DNA of 64,000 bases, from the NCBI GenBank assembly GCA_035263405.1, contig DATFRI010000074.1:9824-73823 (forward strand). Direction: 5' to 3'. The notes beneath the pieces were generated by a model. It worked only from the letters and a program-made list of their open reading frames with translations. It had not been told where the DNA came from and made no database searches. Positions 27,588 through 36,599 of this stretch are shown here, in pieces. The DNA is from Actinomycetes bacterium (lineage in GTDB: Bacteria > Actinomycetota > CALGFH01). Every line of letters begins with the position of its first letter. Position 1 is the first letter of the stretch. The position numbers and the translations under genes are program-made.

Positions 27588-29843
27588 TCACCCGGTCGGC
27601 CCGCCTGGCCGCGCGGCCGCGCCCGCCGGCACCGGGTCCGGCTGCGCGGCCGCCGCGGCGGCGCCGGCGTCTCGGCGCGGGCGGGCGCCCGGCAGCCAGG
27701 ACAGCCAGCGCGGCAGGTACCAGTTCCGCTCCCCCAGCAGCACCATCGTGGCGGGCAGCAGGATCGCGCGGATGACGGTCGCGTCCAGCAGCACCGCCAC
27801 GGCAAGCCCGACGCCGACCTGCTTGATGTCGGCGGTCCGCAGGGTGGCGAAGATCGCGAACACGGCGACCATGACCGCGGCGGCGCTGGTCACGGTCCCG
27901 GCGGTGAGCTTGATGCTGCGGGCCACGGCCTCGCGGGTGGGCACGCCCGCGTCCACCAGCTCCCGGACGCGGCTGAGGATGAACACGTGGTAGTCCATGG
28001 ACAGCCCGAACAGGATCACGAACAGGAACAGCGGCACCCAGGAGGCGATCGTGCCGCCTGCCTCGGCGCCGACGAGGCCGGCGCCCCAGCCCTTCTGGAA
28101 GACGGCCACGAGGACGCCGTAGCTGGCGGCCACCGACAGCAGGTTGAGGACGATCGCCTTGAGCGGCACGACCAGCGAGCGGAACGTGACCAGCAGCAGC
28201 ACGAACGCCAGCCCGAGCACGAACGCGAACACCAGGGGCGCGCGGCGGCGCATCAGGTCGTCGAAGTCGGCGGCGCCGGCGGTCTCGCCGGTCACGGCGG
28301 CGGTCACGCCGGGCACCCGGCCGACGGTCGCGGGGAGGACGTCCTCGCGCAGGGCCTCCAGCGCCCGGTGCGAGCTGGCGTCGTCGCCGCCACCGGCGAT
28401 GGGGACCTCCACGACGGCGACCGTGCGGGCGGGGTTGACCCGCACCACGACCGGTTCGTACATCATGCCGGTGGCGACCGCGCGGGAGCGCAGCTCGCCG
28501 ATCGCGGCGCGCACGCCTGGAGCGGTGACGTCGGCGGCCTCGACCACGACCGCCGCGGGCGAGGAGGTGCCGGGGAAGGCGGCCTGGAAGCGCTCGTAGG
28601 TGCGCACGACCGGCAGGTCGGAGGGCAGGTCGGCGAACCCGGGCAGCCCGGTGCGCAGGCCCAGCGCCGGCAGCGCGAGCACGACCAGGAAGGCGGTGGC
28701 CGCCAGCGCGGCCGCCGCGGGGCGGCGCAGCACGGGCGTGAGGAACGCCGACCACAGCCGGCCGGTGGCCGCCCGCCGCCCGCGGCGGGAGCGCCGGGAC
28801 CAGGGGAGCCGCAGGCGCCCGAACTCGACGCGGTGGCCGAGCCTGGCCAGCAGCGCCGGCAGCACGGTGAGGGAGCCGGCGACCGCCATGACGACCACGA
28901 GGATCGTGCCCACCCCGGCCGAGGTGAAGACCGGGTTGCCGGCGAGCAGCATGCCCGCCATCGCGATCACCACGGTGGCGCCGGAGATCAGCACGGCCTG
29001 GCCGCTGGTCGCGGCGGCGCGCAGCAGCGCCGTCCGGCCGTCCCGGCCGGCTGCGGCCTCCTCGCGCTCGCGGCGCAGGTAGAACAGCGAGTAGTCGACC
29101 CCGACCGCCATGCCGATCAGCAGCACCACCGAGGCGGTGGTGTCGGTGGTCGGGAAGACGTGGCTGACCAGGGCGCTCAGCCCGAGGGTGCCGAGCACCG
29201 CCGAGAACGCCAGCACCACCGGCACGGCCGCGGCGACCAGCGCGCCGAACGCGACCAGCAGCACCAGGAGGGTCACGGGCAGCGTCAGGCGCTCGGCGCG
29301 CTGGAAGTCGGCGCCGACGGTGGCGTCCAGCTCGTGCTCGGCGCTCGCCGGGCCGAACTGCGCGATCGTCCAGCCGGGATGCGACCGCTGCAGCGCGGCG
29401 ACCTCGGCGAGGATCGGGGCGACCCTGCCTGAGGCGTCCTCGGGGTCACCGGCGATCTCGAAGCGGACCAGCGCGGAGCGCCCGTCGCGCGAGACCAGGC
29501 CTGCGCCGCCGGGGTCCAGCGGCGACCGGACGGCCTGCACGTCCGGCAGCGCCCGCAGGCGCCCGGCGACCTGCGCGAGCACCGCGTGCAGCTCGGCCCG
29601 GGTGGCGCGCGGCGGCGGCTGCACCAGGGCGCTCTCGGCGGCGTGCTCGTCGAAGCCGGCGTCCTGGAGGATCCGCTCGGCGACGGCGCTCTGGCCGGTG
29701 GTGGTGTCGGCGTCGTCCAGCTCGCGGATGCCGGCCGTCTTGCCGACCATGAACAGCACGGCGACCAGCGCGAGCCAGCCGAGCACGGCGGTCTTCCAGT
29801 GCGCCGCGCTCCAGCGTCCACAGCGTGCGGCGAGGTTGGTCAT
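27588..29843 (-). CDS. MMPL-family (RND superfamily) membrane transporter
   Basis: 751 aa. Two blocks of ~6 TM helices are separated by periplasmic domains. The segments are characteristic of MmpL. Confidence 0.9.
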   Translation of the reverse strand: MTNLAARCGRWSAAHWKTAVLGWLALVAVLFMVGKTAGIRELDDADTTTGQSAVAERILQDAGFDEHAAESALVQPPPRATRAELHAVLAQVAGRLRALPDVQAVRSPLDPGGAGLVSRDGRSALVRFEIAGDPEDASGRVAPILAEVAALQRSHPGWTIAQFGPASAEHELDATVGADFQRAERLTLPVTLLVLLVAFGALVAAAVPVVLAFSAVLGTLGLSALVSHVFPTTDTTASVVLLIGMAVGVDYSLFYLRREREEAAAGRDGRTALLRAAATSGQAVLISGATVVIAMAGMLLAGNPVFTSAGVGTILVVVMAVAGSLTVLPALLARLGHRVEFGRLRLPWSRRSRRGRRAATGRLWSAFLTPVLRRPAAAALAATAFLVVLALPALGLRTGLPGFADLPSDLPVVRTYERFQAAFPGTSSPAAVVVEAADVTAPGVRAAIGELRSRAVATGMMYEPVVVRVNPARTVAVVEVPIAGGGDDASSHRALEALREDVLPATVGRVPGVTAAVTGETAGAADFDDLMRRRAPLVFAFVLGLAFVLLLVTFRSLVVPLKAIVLNLLSVAASYGVLVAVFQKGWGAGLVGAEAGGTIASWVPLFLFVILFGLSMDYHVFILSRVRELVDAGVPTREAVARSIKLTAGTVTSAAAVMVAVFAIFATLRTADIKQVGVGLAVAVLLDATVIRAILLPATMVLLGERNWYLPRWLSWLPGARPRRDAGAAAAAAQPDPVPAGAAARPGGPTG

Positions 29844-30116
29844 CGGGTCCTCCCGTCGGTCCGGGGTTGCTCGCCGGCAACGCTGACCGCGATCGGGTGG
29901 ACCCGACAGCCCGCCAGCCCGAGTCCGGGCGTCGGGCCAGCGCGATCACAGGGGTGGGGCCACCCCCACCCCGCGGACGGGAGCAGGCGCCATGGCCTGC
30001 GGCCCGACGCCCAGCCTATGGTTGCGGCGCGGCGGACCACCGGGCAGGCCCGGTCCGCTGCCGGCCGGTGGCGGACGCCGGCCGGTGGAGCGACGCGCAG
30101 GGGGAGGTGGCCAGCG
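29844..30116. promoter_or_regulatory. Divergent intergenic region between mmpL (minus) and the sensor kinase / response regulator operon (plus). A presumed bidirectional promoter / operator region.
   Basis: 273 nt non-coding stretch between divergent starts. No specific motif identified. Confidence 0.3.
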
Positions 30117-31421
30117 GTGGACGTCGGCATCCCGGCGCGGCGCGTGCCGGCCCGGCTGCGCCCGTGGCTCGCCGCCCCGTTCGCGCTGGAGACCTGGGCC
30201 GCCACCGGCTACCTGGTGCTCACGCTGTTCGTGGGCACGTTCTGGTTCGCCGTGCTGGTGACCGGGGTCTCGGTCGGGCTGGGCCTGGTGATCATCTGGG
30301 TGGGGTTGCCGGTCCTGGCCGCGACCCTGCTGGTCGCCCGCGTCGGCGCGCGCGCCGAGCGCGCCCTGATCCGGGCGACCCTGGGCGTGGACATCGCCAG
30401 CCCCTACCGGCCGCCGCGCCGCGGCTCGGCGTGGCAGCACGCGCTCGCGCTGCTGACCGACCCGGCCACCTGGAAGGACCTGGTCTACCTGCTGCTGCTG
30501 ATGCCGCTCGGGGTGGTCTGGACGGTCCTGGTCACGGTCGCCTGGTCGATCCCGATCGGGCTGATCAGCGCGCCCGCCTGGTACCGGGTCCCGCCCGGCG
30601 CGCAGGCGTCGCTGTTCACCGTGGGCGACACCCCGCTGGTGGTGATCGACACGCTCGGCGAGGCGCTGCTCGCGCTCGCCGCCGGCCTGCTCCTGCTGGC
30701 GGTGGTGCCGCCGGTGGTCCGCGCGCTCGCCACGGGGCACGCCGCGATCGCCCGCGGCCTGCTCGGGCCCGGCGGCGGCGCGCTCGCCGAGCGCGTCCAG
30801 ACCCTGGAGGCCACCCGCGCCCGTGCGATGGAGGCGTCGGCGGTGGAGCGCCGCCGGATCGAGCGCGACCTGCACGACGGCGCCCAGCAGCGGCTGGTCG
30901 CGCTCGCGATGGACCTCGGCATGGCCAGGGAGAAGTTCGCCACCGACCCCGACGCGGCCAGGTCCCTGGTCGACGAGGCCCACCAGGAGGCCAAGCGCGC
31001 GCTCGCGGAGCTGCGCGACCTGGCCCGCGGCATCCACCCGGCGGTCCTGACCGACCGCGGGCTGGACGCGGCGCTGTCGGCGCTCGCCGCCCGCTCCCCC
31101 GTCCCCGTCGACGTGCGGGTCGACCTCGACCGGCGGCCGCCGGAGTCGGTCGAGTCGATCGCCTACTTCGTCGTCGCCGAGGCGCTCACCAACGTCGCCA
31201 AGCACGCCGCCGCGACCGAGGCGACCGTGCGGGTCGGTCGCGGCGGCGGCCGGGTCGTGGTCGAGGTCTCCGACGACGGCGTCGGCGGCGCCGACCTGCA
31301 CGGCGGCAGCGGGCTCACGGGCCTGGCCGACCGCGTCGCCGGGGTCGACGGGCGGCTCACCGTGACCAGCCCGCCGGGCGGGCCGACCGTCGTGCGGGCC
31401 GAGCTGCCCGCCGCCGACTGA
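30117..31421 (+). CDS. Sensor histidine kinase (HisKA_3 / NarL-partner type)
   Basis: Multi-TM N-terminus, the H-box ERRRIERDLHDGAQQRL and a HATPase_c region. GTG start with the SD GGGGAGGTGG. Confidence 0.85.
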   Translation: MDVGIPARRVPARLRPWLAAPFALETWAATGYLVLTLFVGTFWFAVLVTGVSVGLGLVIIWVGLPVLAATLLVARVGARAERALIRATLGVDIASPYRPPRRGSAWQHALALLTDPATWKDLVYLLLLMPLGVVWTVLVTVAWSIPIGLISAPAWYRVPPGAQASLFTVGDTPLVVIDTLGEALLALAAGLLLLAVVPPVVRALATGHAAIARGLLGPGGGALAERVQTLEATRARAMEASAVERRRIERDLHDGAQQRLVALAMDLGMAREKFATDPDAARSLVDEAHQEAKRALAELRDLARGIHPAVLTDRGLDAALSALAARSPVPVDVRVDLDRRPPESVESIAYFVVAEALTNVAKHAAATEATVRVGRGGGRVVVEVSDDGVGGADLHGGSGLTGLADRVAGVDGRLTVTSPPGGPTVVRAELPAAD

Positions 31422-31438
31422 GGGAGGCGGAGGCTGCG

Positions 31439-32089
31439 ATGCGGGTCGTGATCGCCGAGGACTCCGTGCTGCTGCGCGAGGGCCTCGCCCGCCTGCTCGC
31501 CGACGGCGGCCTGGAGGTCGTGGCGACCGTCGGCGACGGGCCCGCGCTCGTGGACGCGGTGAGCGCCTACCGGCCCGACCTCGCGATCGTGGACGTGCGC
31601 ATGCCGCCCACCCACACCGACGAGGGCCTGCGCGCCGCGCTGGAGGTCCGCCGCCGCCACCCGTCGGTGCGGATCCTGGTGCTGTCGCAGTACGTGGAGG
31701 AGCGCTACGCGGTCGAGCTGATCCAGGGCAGCGCGCAGGGCATCGGCTACCTGCTCAAGGAGCGCGTCGCCGAGGTCGGCGAGTTCCTCGACGCCGTGCG
31801 GCGCGTGGGCGACGGCGGCGCCGCGCTCGACCCGGAGGTCGTGGCCCAGCTCCTCGGCCGGCGCCGCCGCGACGACCCGCTCACCCCGCTCACACCCCGG
31901 GAGCGGGAGGTGCTGGCGCTGATGGCCGAGGGGCGCAGCAACGCCGCGATCGCCGAGCGGCTGGTGGTCACCGAGGGCGCCGTCGAGAAGCACGTCAGCA
32001 GCATCTTCGCCAAGCTCGGCCTGCCCACCACGACCGCCGACCACCGCCGCGTGCTGGCGGTGCTGGCCTACCTGCGGGTCCCGGGGTAA
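31439..32089 (+). CDS. Response regulator, NarL/LuxR family
   Basis: REC domain (MRVVIAEDSVLLREGL...DLAIVDVRMP) plus a C-terminal LuxR HTH (LTPREREVLALMAEGRSNAAIAERLVVTEGAVEKHVSSIF). It begins 18 nt after the kinase stop. Confidence 0.9.
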   Translation: MRVVIAEDSVLLREGLARLLADGGLEVVATVGDGPALVDAVSAYRPDLAIVDVRMPPTHTDEGLRAALEVRRRHPSVRILVLSQYVEERYAVELIQGSAQGIGYLLKERVAEVGEFLDAVRRVGDGGAALDPEVVAQLLGRRRRDDPLTPLTPREREVLALMAEGRSNAAIAERLVVTEGAVEKHVSSIFAKLGLPTTTADHRRVLAVLAYLRVPG

Positions 32090-32175
32090 TCCCTCCCAGC
32101 GGACGAAGGCGGCAAGAGGACCGGAGCGTGACCGCCACCCCCGCTGACGCCGTGGTGCGGCCACCCAAATGGTGG

Positions 32176-32751
32176 TCAGCCGCGGCGGGCCTGCCTGGCG
32201 GCCTGCTTGTAGGCGCGCACCTCGGCGAGGGAGGCCGCGTCGGTGACGTCGGCGGCGGAGCGGCGGGAGCCGGGCTCGCCGTAGGGGCCGGCGGCCTCGC
32301 GCCAGCCGTCGGGCTGGACGCCGAGCTGCTTGCCGAGCAGCGCCACGAAGATCCGGGCCTTCTGCTCGCCGAAGCCGGGCAGCGCCCGCACGCGCGCGAG
32401 CAGCTCCCGGCCCGTCGCCGCGGTGGCCCACAGCGCCGCCGCGTCGCCGTCGTACGTCTGCACGACGTGCTGGCAGAGCGCCTGCACCCGCCCGGCCATC
32501 GCCACAGGGTAGCGGTGCAGCGCGGGCGGTCCGGCCATGGCCGTGGCGAACCCGTCGGGGTCGTAGGCGGCGATCGTGGCGGCGTCCAGCCGCTCCCAGC
32601 CCAGCCGCTGCGCCAGCCGCCAGGGCGCCCTGAACGCCCACTCCAGCGGGAACTGCTGGTCGAGGAGCATCCCCACCAGCAGCGCGAGCGGGTCGCGCGA
32701 GAGCAGCGCGTCCGCGTCGGGGTCCTGCGCGAGCCGCAGCGCCGGCTGCAT
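32176..32751 (-). CDS. HhH-GPD superfamily protein (DNA-glycosylase-like)
   Basis: ~190-aa helix-hairpin-helix protein. SD AGGAAG upstream of the ATG of MQPALRLAQDP. Confidence 0.7.
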   Translation of the reverse strand: MQPALRLAQDPDADALLSRDPLALLVGMLLDQQFPLEWAFRAPWRLAQRLGWERLDAATIAAYDPDGFATAMAGPPALHRYPVAMAGRVQALCQHVVQTYDGDAAALWATAATGRELLARVRALPGFGEQKARIFVALLGKQLGVQPDGWREAAGPYGEPGSRRSAADVTDAASLAEVRAYKQAARQARRG

Positions 32752-32950
32752 CCTCCACCCGCTCCCTTCCTGGTCGGCGCCGCGCGGCGCGGTCGGCGCC
32801 GCGCGGCAGGTGGCGCCAGCCGCCAGGGCCACTATCGCATGCCGCCCCAGATCCCGCGGATCTGGTCAGCGACCCGACCCCTCGACGCGACCCCGTCGAT
32901 GCGTGACGATCGGGACCCGACGCCACCGGTCGAGCCGACGGAGGTCCGCG

Positions 32951-34069
32951 ATGCCCACACGCGAGGTGCTGATCGACGAGTCCCGGACGCTGGGCGAGCA
33001 GCCGGAGACCGGGCACAACCGCTGGCACCCGGACATCCCGCCGGTGGTCGGCTGCGACCCCGGCGACGAGGTGGTCCTCCAGACCCGCGACGCGTTCGAC
33101 GGGCAGATGGGCCCGGACGCGACCCTGGAGACCGTCGGCGCCCCCGACCTGAACGTGGTGCACCCCCTGACCGGGCCGGTCGCGGTGGCCGGCGCCCAGC
33201 CCGGCGACCTGCTCGAGGTCGAGATCCTCGAGGTCGCCCCGGACGGGTACGCCTACACCGTGCAGGTCCCCGGCTTCGGGTTCCTGCGTGAGGCCTTCCC
33301 CGAGCCGTACATCGCCCGCTGGGCGCTCGCGGACGGCTGGGCGACCTCCGAGGAGCTGCCGGGCGTGCGCGTCCCCGGCCACGCGTTCATGGGCACGATC
33401 GGGGTCGCCCCGAGCCACGAGCTGATGGCCGCCTGCGCTGCCCGCGAGCAGGCGGCGCTGGACCGCGGCGGCTTCGTGCTGCCGCCGCTGGCCGACGGCG
33501 CCGTCCCGGCCGCCGAGGCGATCGCCCACGAGGCGCTGCGCACGATCCCGCCGCGGGAGAACGCCGGCAACGTCGACATCAAGCAGCTCGGCAGGGGCGC
33601 CCGCCTGTTCATCCCCGTGCAGGTGCCCGGGGCGCTGTTCAGCGCGGGCGACGCGCACTTCGCCCAGGGCGACAGCGAGACCTGCGGGACCGCGATCGAG
33701 ATGCGCTCGACCCTGCACGTGCGGTTCCGGGTGCATCCGGGCGCGGCGAGCGCCAAGGGCATCCGCGACCTGCAGTTCGCCCGCGACGACTGGTTCGTCG
33801 CGCCGGAGTTCGCCGGGCCGCGCCGGTTCCACGCCACCACCGGGATCTCGGTGACCCGCGAGGGCGAGAACCGGCCGGAGGACCTCACGCTGGCCGCGCG
33901 CAACGCGCTGCTGAACATGATCGACCACCTGATGGAGCACGGCGGCTGGAGCCGCCAGCAGGCGTACGCGATCTGCTCGGTGGCGGTCGACCTGAAGGTC
34001 AGCCAGGTCGTCGACGTGCCCAACTTCGTCGTCTCGGCGTTCCTGCCACTGGACATCTTCACAAGCTGA
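32951..34069 (+). CDS. Acetamidase/formamidase (FmdA/AmdA) family protein
   Basis: 372 aa. The FmdA_AmdA fold signatures run through the sequence. Confidence 0.85.
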   Translation: MPTREVLIDESRTLGEQPETGHNRWHPDIPPVVGCDPGDEVVLQTRDAFDGQMGPDATLETVGAPDLNVVHPLTGPVAVAGAQPGDLLEVEILEVAPDGYAYTVQVPGFGFLREAFPEPYIARWALADGWATSEELPGVRVPGHAFMGTIGVAPSHELMAACAAREQAALDRGGFVLPPLADGAVPAAEAIAHEALRTIPPRENAGNVDIKQLGRGARLFIPVQVPGALFSAGDAHFAQGDSETCGTAIEMRSTLHVRFRVHPGAASAKGIRDLQFARDDWFVAPEFAGPRRFHATTGISVTREGENRPEDLTLAARNALLNMIDHLMEHGGWSRQQAYAICSVAVDLKVSQVVDVPNFVVSAFLPLDIFTS

Positions 34070-34290
34070 AGGGGTCCCGGCGCGCACCCGCCGGTGGGCG
34101 CGCCGACCTCGTGATCCTCTCGTTGCGGGGCCGTGACCCCACGCGGCCGGCCCGCTGCTACGGTGCTTCGCAGTGGCCACCTGGGGCAGGGCCTGCCGTA
34201 CCCCCGGCGACGGGCGTGCCCGCGGCACCGACCCTCGCCCCGATTCCTGCTTCGGGCAGCACCGCGCCCGGTCGTCGTAAGGAGTCCACG

Positions 34291-36150
34291 ATGCAGGGTG
34301 GTCACGCTGGTCCGGTCGTCCACGCCCCCGCCAGGGCGACACGTGTCGGGGCCGGACTGGCCAGGACCGTCCGGCTGCTGACCGCGGTGGTGCTGCTCGG
34401 CACGGCCCTGCTGATCGTCGCGCTGGTCGGCCAAGGCACCGCAGGCGCCAGGGGGCTGGTCCGGGCGCCGGACCAGGAGGCTCCGGGCAGCCTGCCGGGA
34501 CCACGACCGGTCACCGGTGACCCGGCCGGCACGGCGGCCCTGGAGCACGCCAGGGCGGACGCGGACACGCTGCTGCGCCGGATCCCACCCGACAGCGCCC
34601 GGGCCGGGGGCACCGCCGCCGCCACCAGCCCGCCGGCGCAGCCCGGCGCTCCCGGGGACCCGCGCAGCGGCAGCACGCTCGAGCCCGAGTCGTTGGGCCG
34701 GGCGCTGCCCTCCAAGCGGGTGCAGGTCGCCCGGGCGCCGGACGGCCAGGACGGGCAGGGCGAGGGCGTGGACAGCGACCTTCCACCCGAGAGCGTGCGG
34801 GTCGCGGCGGCGTCGGGTGCGGTCCCGTTCGTGGCGACCGCGCCGTACGTGACGATGGCGGCCGCGCGGAAGGGGCCTGGCCGCCAGCCGTCGCAGCCCG
34901 CGCCCACGCCCTCACCCAGCAGTCGCGCGAGGCCGGCCAAGGAGATGACCCCAGAGCAGCGCGAGGCCGAGGCCTCGCAGCTCGAAACCGACATGTACGA
35001 GGCCAAGCTTCGCCTGACGCTGATGGACCGGCTGCGCCCCCCGCCGGTCGACCCGCAGGCGACGCCGAAGGTTGCAGCCCAGCAGCGGCAGGAGCTGGAC
35101 GCCCACCATGCCGAGTGGAGACGGCTCGTCCGCGACCTGGAGGCGAAGCAGGAGCGCTACGGCGAGCTGAGGACCGAGACGCACTACCCGCCGGAGCTGG
35201 ACGCCATGACACCGGCCGAACTGCTCGAGCGAGACAGACTCCTGGATGCCGAGGTTCAGAAGAACGTCGCCGAGGGAGGAGCGGAGAGACGCCCGAGGTC
35301 CAACGACCCGGCGGAGGTCGAGCGCTGGGCCAGGCTCACCCTCGACCGGGAGGACTGGTACCCCAGGCTGCTCAGCGACGTCCGCGAGGCGATCGGGGCC
35401 AAGCTGGACGACCTGACGGCACGCGGCGTCGACACTCAGGAGGTCCGGCAGCTCCAGGCCACGTACGACAGGCTCGACCAGACCCCGGCCTACCCGCCGC
35501 GCCTGGCCCACGTCCCCTGGGTCGAGCAGGGACGACAGGCCAAGTCCCTCCAAGCTGCGATCGAAGCCAACGAGCAGCGGCTGGCCGCCCCGGAGTCCGA
35601 CGCGCAGCGTATCGAGATCCTCAAGCAGAACGCGGCGATGAAGCGGGAGCTGGGCTTCATCAAGAGGAGCCTGGACTCGGTCAAGGACGTGGGCACGCCG
35701 ACCGACAAGGGCGGGGAGCTGACGCCGCCGGACCTGGACACCGGCACCGACCCGTCGGCCACCAGGCTCGCCGGCGAGCCGGCCCCTGGTGCCCCGGTCG
35801 AGGCCGCTCAGGTGGACGCCTTGACGCCGCCGCCGGCACCTGTGCACGAGCTGGTCGAGGGCGACCCCTTGCCGCCGGGGACGCCCGTCGCGGGCCTGGT
35901 CGGCGGCCAGACCGGTACCGCCGGCCAGGGGCTGAACCCCGGCTCAGCGCCTGCTCCGGCTCCGGCGGTCCTGGCCACGGAGCCGTCGCCCGCACCGTCC
36001 CCGGCGGTCGTGGCGTCGGAGCCAGCGGTCGTCCTGTCACCGACGGAGGCTGGCGACGCCACCCTGTTCGACAACGACCCCACCGTCGACGGCGTGGGCG
36101 CCGGCACCTGGACCGACGACAGCTCCTTGGGCAGCACCCTCCTGAGCTGA
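34291..36150 (+). CDS. Family member 3. Signal-anchor membrane protein with a Pro-rich linker, a helical / coiled-coil ectodomain and a Pro/Ala-rich tail.
   Basis: SD AAGGAG before the ATG at 34291. N-module RATRVGAGLARTVRLLTAVVLLGTALLIVALVGQGTAGARG. The lower-GC core lies at about 34900-35700. Confidence 0.6.
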   Translation: MQGGHAGPVVHAPARATRVGAGLARTVRLLTAVVLLGTALLIVALVGQGTAGARGLVRAPDQEAPGSLPGPRPVTGDPAGTAALEHARADADTLLRRIPPDSARAGGTAAATSPPAQPGAPGDPRSGSTLEPESLGRALPSKRVQVARAPDGQDGQGEGVDSDLPPESVRVAAASGAVPFVATAPYVTMAAARKGPGRQPSQPAPTPSPSSRARPAKEMTPEQREAEASQLETDMYEAKLRLTLMDRLRPPPVDPQATPKVAAQQRQELDAHHAEWRRLVRDLEAKQERYGELRTETHYPPELDAMTPAELLERDRLLDAEVQKNVAEGGAERRPRSNDPAEVERWARLTLDREDWYPRLLSDVREAIGAKLDDLTARGVDTQEVRQLQATYDRLDQTPAYPPRLAHVPWVEQGRQAKSLQAAIEANEQRLAAPESDAQRIEILKQNAAMKRELGFIKRSLDSVKDVGTPTDKGGELTPPDLDTGTDPSATRLAGEPAPGAPVEAAQVDALTPPPAPVHELVEGDPLPPGTPVAGLVGGQTGTAGQGLNPGSAPAPAPAVLATEPSPAPSPAVVASEPAVVLSPTEAGDATLFDNDPTVDGVGAGTWTDDSSLGSTLLS

Positions 36151-36190
36151 AGGGCCGGGCCTGAGCTGAAGGGCCGGGCCGCGACCGGGC

Positions 36191-36466
36191 TCAGCTCGTG
36201 CCGGACGGCGCGGGCGCCGCCGCGAGCGCCGCGACCGCGGAGGGTGCGGAGGCTGCGGAGGCCGCGGCGGGCGGGGCCGGCGCGGCCGGTTCGGGCAGGC
36301 TCGGCACCGGCGTCTCGTCGAGCAGCCGGTTGAGCATCGACAGCACCGACGCCACGCCCGCGAGCGCGGCCGCCTTGAGCGCCGGACCCGCCAGCGACAG
36401 GACCGGCGAGGCGAGCAGGACCGCGACGAACGTGTGCACGAACGTCCGCGCGGCCCGGATCGTCAT
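36191..36466 (-). CDS. Small membrane protein resembling r1t-type phage holin family (Phage_r1t_holin-like)
   Basis: MTIRAARTFVHTFVAVLLASPVLSLAGPALKAAALAGVASVLSMLNRLL recalls the conserved N-terminus ...ERA.KTFAQT..AVL of r1t holin-like proteins. It is followed by an Ala/Pro-rich tail. Confidence 0.45.
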   Translation of the reverse strand: MTIRAARTFVHTFVAVLLASPVLSLAGPALKAAALAGVASVLSMLNRLLDETPVPSLPEPAAPAPPAAASAASAPSAVAALAAAPAPSGTS

Positions 36467-36599
36467 CGACTTGAGCAGGTTGCTGGTACGCATGGCCGCC
36501 GCCTCCTCCTCGGGCCGGCGGCGCCCGGCCGCCGGCCACCGATGTCAGCGAGAGCGCAGCCGGGAACGCCTGATACCGCGGGGTTCTGAACTGTTCGCG

